Below are positions 19,467-29,871 of a stretch of 64,000 bases of DNA, piece by piece. The stretch comes from Candidatus Limnocylindria bacterium (GTDB taxonomy: Bacteria > Chloroflexota > Limnocylindria > QHBO01), in assembly GCA_035708065.1 (NCBI GenBank), contig DASSTC010000049.1:1694-65693 (forward strand), read 5' to 3'. The stretch's first letter is position 1. The number at the start of each line of letters is the position of its first letter. The notes beneath the pieces were generated by a model. It made no database searches, was not told the DNA's origin, and saw only the letters and a program-made list of their open reading frames with translations. Made by a program: the position numbers and the translations under genes.

Positions 19467-20387
19467 TCATCCGGTGGCGACAGAACGCTCCGCGGACCTC
19501 GCGACGTCAGCCAGCGCTTCGATGAACTCGGGCATGACATTCAGTGACTCGATCCGGGCAAAGGCCATGCCCGCTGCCTCGGCCTGCTCACGCGCGCCGA
19601 TGTCGACGTCATACAGGATCTCGAGGTGATCCGCCAGGAACTGGATCGGCGCAACGAGAAGTGCGATGTGTCCGGCCGCACGCAGCTCGGGCACCAGGTC
19701 GGCAAAGTCGGGCTTCATCCACTCGCCCGGCTCATGCCCGGCGGACTGCCAGCAGAAGTGCCAGCGCGCATCGTCGAGTCCGGCGGCTGCAGCGACCGAC
19801 TCCGCCGTCTCACGCAGCTGGTCCAGATAGCCGGGCTCGGCGTCGGCCACGCGGCGGGGGAGCGAGTGTGCCGTGAGCAGCACCGGCGCATCCGCCGGCA
19901 ACCTCTCGAGCCCCTCACTGATGCGCTGCGCCACGGCCGCGACGAAATGGTCGTTGCGGTACCAGGCCGGCGCGAGCTCAACCTGTGGTGCGCCCGCACC
20001 GATCTCGTCGCGCGCGGCGTCCAGTGCACGCCGGTAGCCGCTCATCAGCAGCTCGGAGTACTGCGGGCTCATCACGATGCCGACCACCGCATCGCAGCCG
20101 TCGTCCGCCAGGCGGCGCAGGCCGGCGGTGGCCGAAGGCTCGCTGAACCGCATGCCGACCTCGACCCGCGATCCGTCGCCGAGCCGCTCCTCGAGGGCTG
20201 CGGCCTGTGCGCGGGTGACCGGGATCAGCGGCGAGCCGCCGATCAGCTCGTATCGGCGCCGAAACTCGACGAGCAATTCCTCGTCCGGCGCACGTCCGCC
20301 ACGCACCGCCGCGAGGTAGCCGGCCAGGTCGTGGAGGTCGTCGGCCGGTGATCCGTACGTCATGAGCAGCACGCCCGTGCGGCTCAT
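19467..20387 (-). CDS. hemH: coproporphyrin ferrochelatase (HemH/CpfC)
   Basis: 306 aa from ATG 20387 (MSRTGVLLMTYGSP ... LLTAHSLP ... HFCWQS); the ORF-table entry 19467..21257 is this gene plus an out-of-frame extension. Confidence 0.85.
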   Translation of the reverse strand: MSRTGVLLMTYGSPADDLHDLAGYLAAVRGGRAPDEELLVEFRRRYELIGGSPLIPVTRAQAAALEERLGDGSRVEVGMRFSEPSATAGLRRLADDGCDAVVGIVMSPQYSELLMSGYRRALDAARDEIGAGAPQVELAPAWYRNDHFVAAVAQRISEGLERLPADAPVLLTAHSLPRRVADAEPGYLDQLRETAESVAAAAGLDDARWHFCWQSAGHEPGEWMKPDFADLVPELRAAGHIALLVAPIQFLADHLEILYDVDIGAREQAEAAGMAFARIESLNVMPEFIEALADVARSAERSVATG

Positions 20388-21422
20388 GACGCGGTCTCGC
20401 GGTGGACGAAATCGACCAGGCGGCGCAGCACGTCCGGATCGGTCTGCGGCAGGACGCCGTGTCCCAGGTTGAAGATGTGCCCCGGTCGTCGGCCCGCCCG
20501 TCGCAGCACGTCGCGAGCGCCGTCCTCGGTCGCCGGCCAGCCGGCCAGCAACCGCGTTGCGTCGAGGTTGCCCTGAATCCCGCGGTCGAATCCGATCCGC
20601 GCCCACGCTTCGTCGAGCAGCTGCCGTGCGTCGATCGAGATGAGATCGCCGCCGGCATCGGCGAGGCGCTCGAGCAGAGCTGCCGTCGAGGTGCCGAAGT
20701 GGATGGTCGGCACTGCCGTGACCGCCGAGAAGATCGACCGCACGTGCGGCGCGACATACGTGTCGTAATCTGCGGGCGAGAGGGCACCGACCCAGGAGTC
20801 GAACAGCTGCACGACCTGCGCGCCGGCCGCGATCTGCGCGTTCAGGTAGCGCGTCACGACCGTCGACAGCTTGGCCATCAGCGCGTGCCAGGCATCCGGC
20901 TCGCGGTACATGAACGCCTTGGCGATGGCGTACTCGCGGCTCGGGCGTCCCTCCACGAGGTAGCAGGCCAGCGTGAACGGTGCGCCCGAGAAGCCGATGA
21001 CGCCGGCCCGGCCGTCGAGCTCGCGGCGCACCAGCCGGATGGCGTCCATCACGAACGCCACGTCGTGCTCTGGCTCGATGAGCCGGAGCCGGGCGACGTC
21101 CGCCGCCGATCGGATGGGGTTGTAGATGATCGGGCCGACCTCCGGCTGGATCTCGAGCGAGACGCCCATCGGCTCCAGCGGCAGCATGATGTCCGCAAAC
21201 ATGACGGCGGCATCCACGCCGAATGCGTCGACCGGCATCTGCGTCACCTGGGCGCACAGCTCCGGCGTCTTCGCCAGGGTGAGAATCTCGTACCGTTCGC
21301 GCAGCCGACGGTAATCGGCGAGGCAGCGCCCGGCCTGGCGCATGAACCAGACCGGCGTTGCATCGCCCCGCTCGTGCCGGAGGGCGGCCCCGAGGCGTTC
21401 CTCGCCCGTCGCGATGCTGGCG

Positions 21423-21430
<8 letters not shown>
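20384..21430 (-). CDS. hemE: uroporphyrinogen decarboxylase
   Basis: PVWFMRQAGR N-terminal signature of HemE; 348 aa from ATG 21430; 4-nt overlap with hemH. Confidence 0.9.
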
Positions 21431-22672
<1,242 letters not shown>

Positions 22673-22676
<4 letters not shown>

Positions 22677-23359
22677 CGGTCGGGACCCGACAGCAGGCGG
22701 AGGATCTCGCCGAGCGGACGGTGAATGCCGACGATGATCGGCGTGTCGCGCACCGTGGCGCGCCGCGATTCGGACGAGCGCAGGTCGCGAACCAGGTCCG
22801 AGAACGCGACGAGGTCATCGGTCTCGTAGGCGACGATGAAGTCCTGGTCGTCCAGCCCGAAGGAGTAGGCCAGCAGCTGGCGGACCTGCGGGTAGCGATG
22901 GCCGATCTTCATGTGCCCGTTCATCACCTTCTGTCGCTCCTCGGCGGGCAACAGGTACCAGTCGGTCGACTTGGTGAACGGGTAGACGATGAGGTATGGC
23001 GAGCGCTCGCCGGTGAACAGCGACTGCTCCTGGGTTGTCGGCTTGCGCACGTACTGCGACGGCCGGGTCATCCCGAGCAGGCTGATCGTCGGCGTCAGCC
23101 ATGCGCCGATGCCGGCGGCGAGCAGTGCGGCCGCGGACGACTCGAGCTGTTCGGGGCCGTCGGCCATGCGCCACAGGAGGATTTCACCCTCGGTGCGCAA
23201 CCCGATGGTGGAGTACGCATGCTGCAGGATCTGTTCGGAGGCGACTCCGGCGACGGCGCAGAAGGCATCGACGTCGCGCCGGCGCTCGGCCGCCGAGCGA
23301 CGTCGCCACGCGGGATCGAGACGAAGCAACCAGGCGTGGACAAACCGTTCGTCGGTCAT
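22673..23359 (-). CDS. hemQ: coproheme decarboxylase (HemQ/ChdC, chlorite-dismutase-like)
   Basis: 228 aa chlorite-dismutase-fold protein embedded in a heme operon next to hemH; conserved YLIVYPFTKSTDWY block. Confidence 0.75.
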
Positions 23360-24357
23360 GAGTCGGACTCCTCGGCTAGCCAGGCGGCGGCGTCCGCCGC
23401 GAAGTAGGTGATCAGCACGTCGGCGCCGGCCCGGGCGATGGCGGTCAGGCTCTCGAGCGCAACCGCTCGCAGGTCGAGCCAGCCATTGCGTGCCGCGGCG
23501 ACGAGCGACGCGTACTCGCCGGACACCTGGTAGGCGGCGATCGGCAGGGTCGTGCGTGCACGGGCAGCGGCGATCAGGTCGAGGGCCGGCAGTGCCGGCT
23601 TGACTATCACGATGTCGGCGCCTTCGGCGATATCGCGGTCGATCTCGGTGAGCGCCTCCCGGCCGTTCGCCACGTCCATCTGGTACGCCCGCCGGTTGCC
23701 CTGCTGGGGGGCCGATTCGGCGGCGTCGCGGAACGGGCCGTAGAACGCGGAGGCGTGCTTGGCGGCGTAGGCCATGATCGCCGTCTCCTGGCGACCGTCG
23801 TCGTCCAGCGCGCGACGGATGGCAGCGACCTGGCCGTCCATCATGGCGCTCGGCGCGACGATGTCAGCCCCGGCGCGTCGAAGTGAGACCGCCGTTTCGG
23901 CGAGCAGCGGGAGCGTCGCGTCGTTGTCGACCGTGTCGCCGTGGAGCACGCCGCAATGGCCGTGGCTGGTGTACTCGCACAGGCACACGTCGGCGATCAG
24001 CGTCAGCTCGGGATCGGCCTGGCGCAGCGTGCGCAGCGCCTGCTGCACGATCCCGTCGTCGGCCCACGCGCCCGACCCCTCGTCATCCTTCACCGCGGGA
24101 AGGCCGAAGAGCAGGACCGCACGCACCCCCGCCTGGCGCAGCCGGCTGGCCTCGGCGGGTAGTTCGTCGGGTGACAGCCGAAACTGTCCGGGCATGGCGC
24201 CGATCTCCTCGCGCAGCTCGTGCCCGGTTCGCACGAAGAGCGGCTGCACCAGCATGTCCGGGTGGAGCCGCGTCTCGCGAACCAGGTTGCGCAGGCCGGC
24301 CGTGCGCCGCAGCCGCCGGCCGCGTGCGACAGGGAGCGACCGTCCGGTGATGGTCAT
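23356..24357 (-). CDS. hemB: porphobilinogen synthase (ALA dehydratase)
   Basis: From ATG 24357: active-site region DVCLCEYTSHGHCG (Cys-rich Zn site), QVSGEYA, PxxxRxxR. Confidence 0.9.
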   Translation of the reverse strand: MTITGRSLPVARGRRLRRTAGLRNLVRETRLHPDMLVQPLFVRTGHELREEIGAMPGQFRLSPDELPAEASRLRQAGVRAVLLFGLPAVKDDEGSGAWADDGIVQQALRTLRQADPELTLIADVCLCEYTSHGHCGVLHGDTVDNDATLPLLAETAVSLRRAGADIVAPSAMMDGQVAAIRRALDDDGRQETAIMAYAAKHASAFYGPFRDAAESAPQQGNRRAYQMDVANGREALTEIDRDIAEGADIVIVKPALPALDLIAAARARTTLPIAAYQVSGEYASLVAAARNGWLDLRAVALESLTAIARAGADVLITYFAADAAAWLAEESDS

Positions 24358-25088
24358 GCAATCGCCCCCATCTCGAAGTGCGCGGCCACCGCGCGCACCA
24401 GACCGATGCCCGTGTGCTCCTCCGCCACGACCGGCACGCTGAATCCGACCTGCTTCGCCTGCCCGGCGGTCACCGGGCCGATGCACAGCGCCGGGATGCG
24501 CAGCGCTTCCGCTCGCTCGCCGGCGTCGAGCAGCGCGAGCAAGCCGCGCACGGCCGAAGCGCTGTTGAACACGATCGCGTCCAGGTTCGTGGCCAGCGCC
24601 TCTTGCAGCGGACCGCGAGATGCCGGCGGTCCTTCGACGGTTCGGTACGCAATCGCCTCGGTGACCCGGGCGCCCGCGTCGCGCAGCGTCCGGCGCAGCT
24701 CGGGCGTGGCCGCGTCGGCGCGTGCCAGGAGGACGCGCCGCCCCTGGAGGTCACCGAGGCCGGCAGCGATCGCCGCACTGCGGTACTGGGTCGGGACATG
24801 ATCGACGCGCATCCCGGCATCGAGCAGCGCCGCGGCGGTCGTCGTCCCGACCGCCGCGACCCGCACGCCCGGCGGGACGCGGTTGGCCAGGGGCGGGACG
24901 GCGTTGGCGCTCGTCACGATGAGCCAATCGAACCTCTCCGCGCGTCCCAGGGCGCGGGCCAGCGAGCCGTCGTCGGCGGGCTCGATCGAGATCGTCGGCA
25001 CGCAGATCGTCTCGAATCCGCTGCGGCGCAGCCGTTCCCCCAGCGATGCGGCCTCCGGGCGCGGCCGCGTCACGAGCAGCCTGGTCAC
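24354..25088 (-). CDS. hemD: uroporphyrinogen-III synthase
   Basis: 244 aa HemD-like two-lobe protein (LLVTRP ... VTSANAV), positioned between hemC and hemB. Confidence 0.75.
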   Translation of the reverse strand: MTRLLVTRPRPEAASLGERLRRSGFETICVPTISIEPADDGSLARALGRAERFDWLIVTSANAVPPLANRVPPGVRVAAVGTTTAAALLDAGMRVDHVPTQYRSAAIAAGLGDLQGRRVLLARADAATPELRRTLRDAGARVTEAIAYRTVEGPPASRGPLQEALATNLDAIVFNSASAVRGLLALLDAGERAEALRIPALCIGPVTAGQAKQVGFSVPVVAEEHTGIGLVRAVAAHFEMGAIA

Positions 25089-26002
25089 GCCGCTGCCTCG
25101 TCGAGCCGTCGTGCCGCCTCGGACACCACGCCTGCGCCGTCCTCGGCGCGGCCATCCACGTCGATCCGGACAAGGTGCCCGTCGGGCAGCTCGTAGGCGG
25201 CTCGCAGCCGCAGCCGCGCGGCGCGCACCTCGCCGAGGGCACCGAGCGGTGCCAGGCAGCCACCGCCGACGGTCGCCAGCAGTGCGCGCTCGGCGCCGAC
25301 CGCAGTGCGTGTCGGCTGATGGTCGACGCCCGCGAGCCGTTCGCGGAGGGCCGCGTCGTCCGCTCGGATCTGGAGCGCCAGCGCGGCCTGTGCCGGCGCG
25401 GGCAGCATGATCTCGAACGGCAGGAGCGCCGCGCTCGGGATGGGGATCCCGAGCCGCTGCAGGCCGGCCGCCGCGAGCAGGAGGCCGTCGAACTCGCCGG
25501 CGCGGAGGCGGCGCAGCCGGGTCTCGACATTGCCGCGGATCGGGATGGCGACGAGATCCGGGCGGACCGCAGCCAGCTGAGCGGCCCTGCGCGTGCTGCT
25601 CGTGGCGATGCGCGCGCCGAACGGCAGGTCATCGAGCGCGGCGTCGGTGGCGGTGAGCAGCGCGTCGCGCGGATCGCCGCGCTCGAGCACCGCCCCGATG
25701 AGCAGGCGGGGATCGGTCGCGGTCGGCAGATCCTTGTACGAATGGACCACGACGTCGATCTCGCCGGCGAGCAACAAGCGCTCGAGATCCGAGGTGAACT
25801 GCCCGTCGGTGAGCTCCCAGCGGCCGCCGGGGCGTCGCTCGCTGAGGACATCACCGCGCGTTCGGACCGGTACCGGCTGCATCGGTCCCAGGCCGCCGGC
25901 GGTCATCGCGGCACACGCGATCTCGGTCTGCGCCAGCGCCAGCCGGCTGCCGCGGGTGCCGATGCGCAGCGTCCGTGGAGCGATCGGTGTGGCGGTCGTC
26001 AT
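25085..26002 (-). CDS. hemC: hydroxymethylbilane synthase (porphobilinogen deaminase)
   Basis: From ATG 26002: LRIGTRGSRLALAQT, IPIRGNVETRLRRL, cofactor Cys in GGGCLAPLGA. Confidence 0.9.
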   Translation of the reverse strand: MTTATPIAPRTLRIGTRGSRLALAQTEIACAAMTAGGLGPMQPVPVRTRGDVLSERRPGGRWELTDGQFTSDLERLLLAGEIDVVVHSYKDLPTATDPRLLIGAVLERGDPRDALLTATDAALDDLPFGARIATSSTRRAAQLAAVRPDLVAIPIRGNVETRLRRLRAGEFDGLLLAAAGLQRLGIPIPSAALLPFEIMLPAPAQAALALQIRADDAALRERLAGVDHQPTRTAVGAERALLATVGGGCLAPLGALGEVRAARLRLRAAYELPDGHLVRIDVDGRAEDGAGVVSEAARRLDEAAA

Positions 26003-27153
26003 CGTGCCTGGGCCTGCCGTCGCAGCCGAACCGTCTGGTCGTGCAGGAGCTCGTTGACGAGCGCGATCGTCATGCGTTCCACCTCGGCAAGCTGGTCCTC
26101 CGCCAGGTCGCCGTGACCGCGAAGCCGATCCAGGTGCCGTCGCCGCGCGTCCTCGGCGGCGCTCCGCAGCTCGACGATGCGCCCGGTGGCGGTGCGCTCG
26201 GCGAGCCACGCGACGAACCGGTCGCGTTCGTCGGCGAGCTCGGCCCGCAACCGGCGTTCGACAGCGGCGGGCAGGGCGTTCGTCGCGTGACCCAGCCGGT
26301 CGAGGTCGACGAGCCGCGCGCCGAGGACCGGTCGCAGCGCCGGGTCCACGGCCGAAGGCGCGCAGAGGTCGACGACGAGGCCGCGCGATCTGCTGCTGCG
26401 CAGCAACGGGCCGGCGGTTCGCGTGGCGAGGACGATCACGCCGGGATCGGCGCCCGTCTCGGCCCCGGTCTCGAATGCGCTGTCGAGCAGCATCCCGCGG
26501 TGCGGGCCACCGGGCAGCATGTTCGCCAGCTGTTCGGCGCGCTCCGCCGAACGCGAGGCGACGGTGCACCGCGTTCCCGCGGCGGCCAGCCCTGCGGCCA
26601 CCTCGCGCGCGACGATGCCGGTGCCGACGATGAGCGCGGTCTCATGCGCGCCGTGCCCCGCGATCCAGGCCAGGGCGCGCTGCGCCAGCGATCGATCGCC
26701 GCCGGGCAGCGCCGAGGAGCGCACGTGCTTCCCGAAGCGGAGGGCCCGACGCATCAGCTCGTTGAGGATCGGCCCGGTCTCGTGGCGGGCGAGTGCGGCG
26801 GTGTACGTGTCACGCACCTGGCCGAGCAGCTGCTCCTCGGCGACGACCGCGGAGTCGAGCCCGGCGACGACGGTGAGGACGCGCTCGACGGCATCGGCGC
26901 CACGAACGGCAGGCAGGGCCACGTCCTGTTCGCCGCTGTCGAGCACGGCGAGGAGCTCGGCACGGTGGCAGGTGTGCAGCAGCAGCCGCTCGGCAACACC
27001 GTCGCGGAGGGTGGCCAGGTGGTCGGCCAGGTGCTCGCGATCATCGGTCGGGAGGTCGTGGAAGGTGCCCGCGATGACGACCAGGCGGTCGAGATCGGTG
27101 CCGGGCGCGGAGGTTGGCGGCCGATCCATATCGGTCAGGGGGTGATGGGACAA
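25999..27153 (-). CDS. hemA: glutamyl-tRNA reductase
   Basis: LLHTCHRAEL (catalytic Cys region), NADPH-binding ALIVGTGIVAREVAAGL, dimerisation tail; the start could instead be the downstream MDRPP (27129). Confidence 0.85.
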   Translation of the reverse strand: MSHHPLTDMDRPPTSAPGTDLDRLVVIAGTFHDLPTDDREHLADHLATLRDGVAERLLLHTCHRAELLAVLDSGEQDVALPAVRGADAVERVLTVVAGLDSAVVAEEQLLGQVRDTYTAALARHETGPILNELMRRALRFGKHVRSSALPGGDRSLAQRALAWIAGHGAHETALIVGTGIVAREVAAGLAAAGTRCTVASRSAERAEQLANMLPGGPHRGMLLDSAFETGAETGADPGVIVLATRTAGPLLRSSRSRGLVVDLCAPSAVDPALRPVLGARLVDLDRLGHATNALPAAVERRLRAELADERDRFVAWLAERTATGRIVELRSAAEDARRRHLDRLRGHGDLAEDQLAEVERMTIALVNELLHDQTVRLRRQAQAR

Positions 27154-27469
27154 AGGCTGGATCCCGCTGACGGGTGCAGAGCTGGTGGCTCGCCAGCCTA
27201 GGCAGGGCGCCGGCCGAGGGTCAAACCTAAGTCATAGATTTGCGGCTTTGTGCGGAGATTCGGCCGGGCGGCCGTTCGCTGGCCGTGAACCCTCCGGATG
27301 CATGTCAGGCGTGCACGACGCACCCCGGAGTGCCCTCGAGGCGTTCGGATTCACACGTCCGCGTGCATGCGGGAGGGTGCGAGGGCGGTTTGAGCGGGAA
27401 CCGGCGCACAACGGTCGCGTGGTGTGCATCGGGAGGATCGGCGCTCCAGGAAGGGAGCGGAGCGAAGCG

Positions 27470-27545
27470 TGGTGGAGATGAGGGGACTCGAACCCCTGAC
27501 CCCCGCGATGCGAACGCGGTGCTCTCCCAGCTGAGCTACATCCCC
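27470..27545 (-). tRNA. tRNA-Ala (anticodon CGC)
   Basis: Reverse complement GGGGATGTAGCTCAGCTGGGAGAGCACCGCGTTCGCATCGCGGGGGTCAGGGGTTCGAGTCCCCTCATCTCCACCA: G3:U70, anticodon loop TT-CGC-AT, encoded CCA. Confidence 0.9.
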
Positions 27546-27577
27546 GGGCCGCCGGGAGTATAACAAAGCCTTGCTGC

Positions 27578-27593
27578 TAGAACATCCGTTCTA
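27578..27593. promoter_or_regulatory. LexA operator (Cheo-type SOS box, TAGAACATCCGTTCTA) embedded in the imuA promoter
   Basis: Perfect GAAC-N4-GTTC palindrome 13 nt upstream of the imuA ATG; the identical 16-mer recurs upstream of dnaE2. Flanking TTGCTG ... TATATG are plausible -35/-10 elements with the box in the spacer. Confidence 0.75.
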
Positions 27594-27605
27594 TATGATC
27601 GACCG

Positions 27606-28403
27606 ATGCACACGCAGGCTGCCCGTCCTCTCACCGATGTCCTCGAGGCGCTGCGCGAGAAAGGCCTGCGCAAGGGGGTCGGACCGATGCCCGGGCAGGT
27701 CGACGGGCCGTCGATCTCCACCGGCCATCCTCGGCTCGACGACGCGCTGCGCACCGGCGGCTGGCCTCGCGGCTCCCTCGCCCTGCTCGATGCGCCGCTC
27801 GGCAACGGCGCGACCTCGCTGGCGCTCGCCTCGCTGGCCGCCTGCCAGGCGGCCGGTGGCCTCGTCGCCTGGCTCGACCTCGAGGGCAGCTTCGACCCGT
27901 CGACCGCTGCCCGTGCGGACGTCAACCTCGAGTGGCTGCTGCTGGCACGTCCGCGTGACACCGGCGAGGCGGTGGAGCTCGCCGCCTGGCTGGCACGCAC
28001 GCGCCTGCTCGACGTCGTCGTGCTGGACCTGGGCGTGGCGGCCGTCGCCTCACGGACGCTGTCACGGCTGCCGGAGCTGCTGACCCGCTTCGGCGGCATC
28101 GTCCTGGCGCTGGCTCCCGCCGCCCGCGAGACCGTCGCCGGCGTCGCCGGGATCCGCGTCATGCTCGAGCGTCGGGCCTGGCTGTCGGTCGGCCGTGACG
28201 TGGTTGGGGAGCGGGTCGAGGCGATCGTCGCGCGTCACCGCTGGGCACTGGCCGGCGCCTCGACCGAGCTCGACCTGTGGTTCAGTGAAGGCCGGCGCGT
28301 CGACGCGCTGCTTCGGTCGCTGGCTTCGCCAGTCGCCGCCCGCGACCTCGAGCACCTGCGACCGATCGACCAGCAGCCTGCCCTCCGCGTCCTCTCCGCA
28401 TGA
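27606..28403 (+). CDS. imuA: ImuA (SulA/RecA-fold translesion mutasome protein)
   Basis: ISTGHPRLDDALRTGGWPRGSLALLDAPLGNGATSLAL ... VAWLDLEGSFDP is the ImuA signature; preceded by a LexA box and followed by imuB with ATGA overlap. Confidence 0.85.
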   Translation: MHTQAARPLTDVLEALREKGLRKGVGPMPGQVDGPSISTGHPRLDDALRTGGWPRGSLALLDAPLGNGATSLALASLAACQAAGGLVAWLDLEGSFDPSTAARADVNLEWLLLARPRDTGEAVELAAWLARTRLLDVVVLDLGVAAVASRTLSRLPELLTRFGGIVLALAPAARETVAGVAGIRVMLERRAWLSVGRDVVGERVEAIVARHRWALAGASTELDLWFSEGRRVDALLRSLASPVAARDLEHLRPIDQQPALRVLSA

Positions 28404-29620
28404 TCGATGCGCGCCTGCTGGCCCTGGTCTGGCCCGACCTCCGCCTGGCCGATGCCGACGTAGCGCCCTTCCAGCCGATGCTCGACGCGCTCGACGACCT
28501 CTCCCCGAGGATCGAGGCGGTCGACGTCGGGGTGGCGCTGGTCGATATCACGGGCCTCGGAGCGCTCTTCGGCAGCGAACGCCGGATCGCGGCACGCGCC
28601 GCAGCGCTGGCCCGCGAGGTCGCGCCGCTGGACGTCCGGGCCGGGATTGGCGACAACCGCTGGCTGGCGGTGCTCGCCGCGCGCCTCGGCCTGACAGGGG
28701 ACGCGCCGCTGCGCATCCTCGATCGGTCGGAGCTTCCCCAGCTCCCGCTCACCCTGCTGCCGGCCGATCCGGCGACGCGCCAGCGCTTCTCGCTCTTCGG
28801 GCTGACGACCTTCGGGCAGCTGGCGGCATTGCCACGCTCGGCGGTCGGTGCGCAGTTCGGCGCGACCGGCGAGCGGCTCCAGCAGCTCGCGCGCGGCAAC
28901 GACCCGCGGCCACTCGTCCCGCGCCGGCGTCCCGAGCGCCTCGTCGCCGAGCGCGCCTTCGAGCCGCCGCTGAGCGACGTCGGCGCGGCCGGTCTGGCGC
29001 TTCGCGCGCTCGTCACCGAGCTCGTCGACCGGCTGCGCGACCGCCACCTGGCGCCCGGACGCGCTGCCCTCGAGCTCGAGCGCGAGGATGCGGCACCGCT
29101 GCGCATCGAGCTTGCCTTCCCGCAGCCGGCGCTCGAGCCGGACTGGATCGCGCGCCTCCTCCTGTCACGCCTGGAGGCCGCGGCCCGTGGGTCCTTGCCA
29201 AACTTCAATCAGGACCGGCCAAGGCCGCCGGACCGGTCGAGTCAAGGACAGATGCAGGCACAGGAACTGGGCAAATCTATGCCGCACAGTCGGCATCGGC
29301 CCGATACCGCCGGCCCCAACCGGCCTAAGCCCGCTGTGGTCGGAGTTTGGCAAGCAGGCGACGACGAGCCAGGCGACGACGAGCCACAGGACGAGCCACG
29401 CATCGTGGGCATCGGTCTGGCCTTCGACCGGCTGAGCGACCCGCAGAGCCGCCAGCTGGCCGCCTTCGAGCCGCAGGCCGGTCGCTGGGAGGAGCTGCGC
29501 TGGTCGCTGGAGCGGGTGCGCGCGCGGTTCGGCGACGGCCGCCTGTGGCGTGCCGAGCACGTCCGCCCGAGCGCGTCGCTCGCCGAGCAGCGGTCGCGCC
29601 TGGTCGACATCGGACCATGA
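28400..29620 (+). CDS. imuB: ImuB (inactive Y-family polymerase-like mutasome subunit), carrying an in-frame palindromic-element insertion
   Basis: N-terminal RLLALVWPDLRL ... VALVDITG ... RAGIGDNRWLAVLAA Y-family fold lacking catalytic acidic residues; ImuA/ImuB/DnaE2 context. Confidence 0.85.
   Translation: MIDARLLALVWPDLRLADADVAPFQPMLDALDDLSPRIEAVDVGVALVDITGLGALFGSERRIAARAAALAREVAPLDVRAGIGDNRWLAVLAARLGLTGDAPLRILDRSELPQLPLTLLPADPATRQRFSLFGLTTFGQLAALPRSAVGAQFGATGERLQQLARGNDPRPLVPRRRPERLVAERAFEPPLSDVGAAGLALRALVTELVDRLRDRHLAPGRAALELEREDAAPLRIELAFPQPALEPDWIARLLLSRLEAAARGSLPNFNQDRPRPPDRSSQGQMQAQELGKSMPHSRHRPDTAGPNRPKPAVVGVWQAGDDEPGDDEPQDEPRIVGIGLAFDRLSDPQSRQLAAFEPQAGRWEELRWSLERVRARFGDGRLWRAEHVRPSASLAEQRSRLVDIGP
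29194..29354. repeat. small palindromic insertion element (TIR CTTGCCAAACT / AGTTTGGCAAG), in frame inside imuB
   Basis: 11-bp perfect terminal inverted repeats with imperfectly complementary extension to ~30 bp; a second copy with the same termini occurs in frame in dnaE2 (37541-37720). Confidence 0.65.
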
Positions 29621-29871
29621 CCAGGCTGTATGCGGACCATCCGCTGGTCCAGGTCGAGACCGATGCCGCCGGGACGCCGACCCGCCTGCGGATGGACGGC
29701 ATCGGTCATGGGGAGGTGGGGATCTGCAACCGCTGGCGCGTCGACGACGACTGGTGGCGCGCCCCGGTCGCGCGGCTCTACTTCAAGCTGGTGACGCGCG
29801 ACGGCCTGCTGTGCACGATCTTCCTCGACGAGATCCGCGGCACCTGGCACCTCGAGCGCATCTTCGACTAG
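29617..29871 (+). CDS. hypothetical 84-aa protein translationally coupled to imuB
   Basis: ATG overlaps the imuB stop (ATGA); strong GC3 bias; Trp-rich (NRWRVDDDWWRAP); no family recognised. Confidence 0.55.
   Translation: MTRLYADHPLVQVETDAAGTPTRLRMDGIGHGEVGICNRWRVDDDWWRAPVARLYFKLVTRDGLLCTIFLDEIRGTWHLERIFD

Noticed and set aside
20388-21257. N-terminal 290 aa of the ORF-table entry 19467..21257 (fused to hemH)
   Set aside because: The upstream part is out-of-frame read-through across hemE. The hemH homology starts at MSRTGVLLMTYGSP (ATG 20387).
29194-29354. Possibility that the in-frame inserts in imuB and dnaE2 are mini-inteins
   Set aside because: There are no intein splicing motifs (N-terminal Cys/Ser, C-terminal HN plus Cys/Ser/Thr). 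The elements are defined by DNA-level terminal inverted repeats shared between two unrelated host genes, which points to a nucleotide-level mobile or palindromic element.
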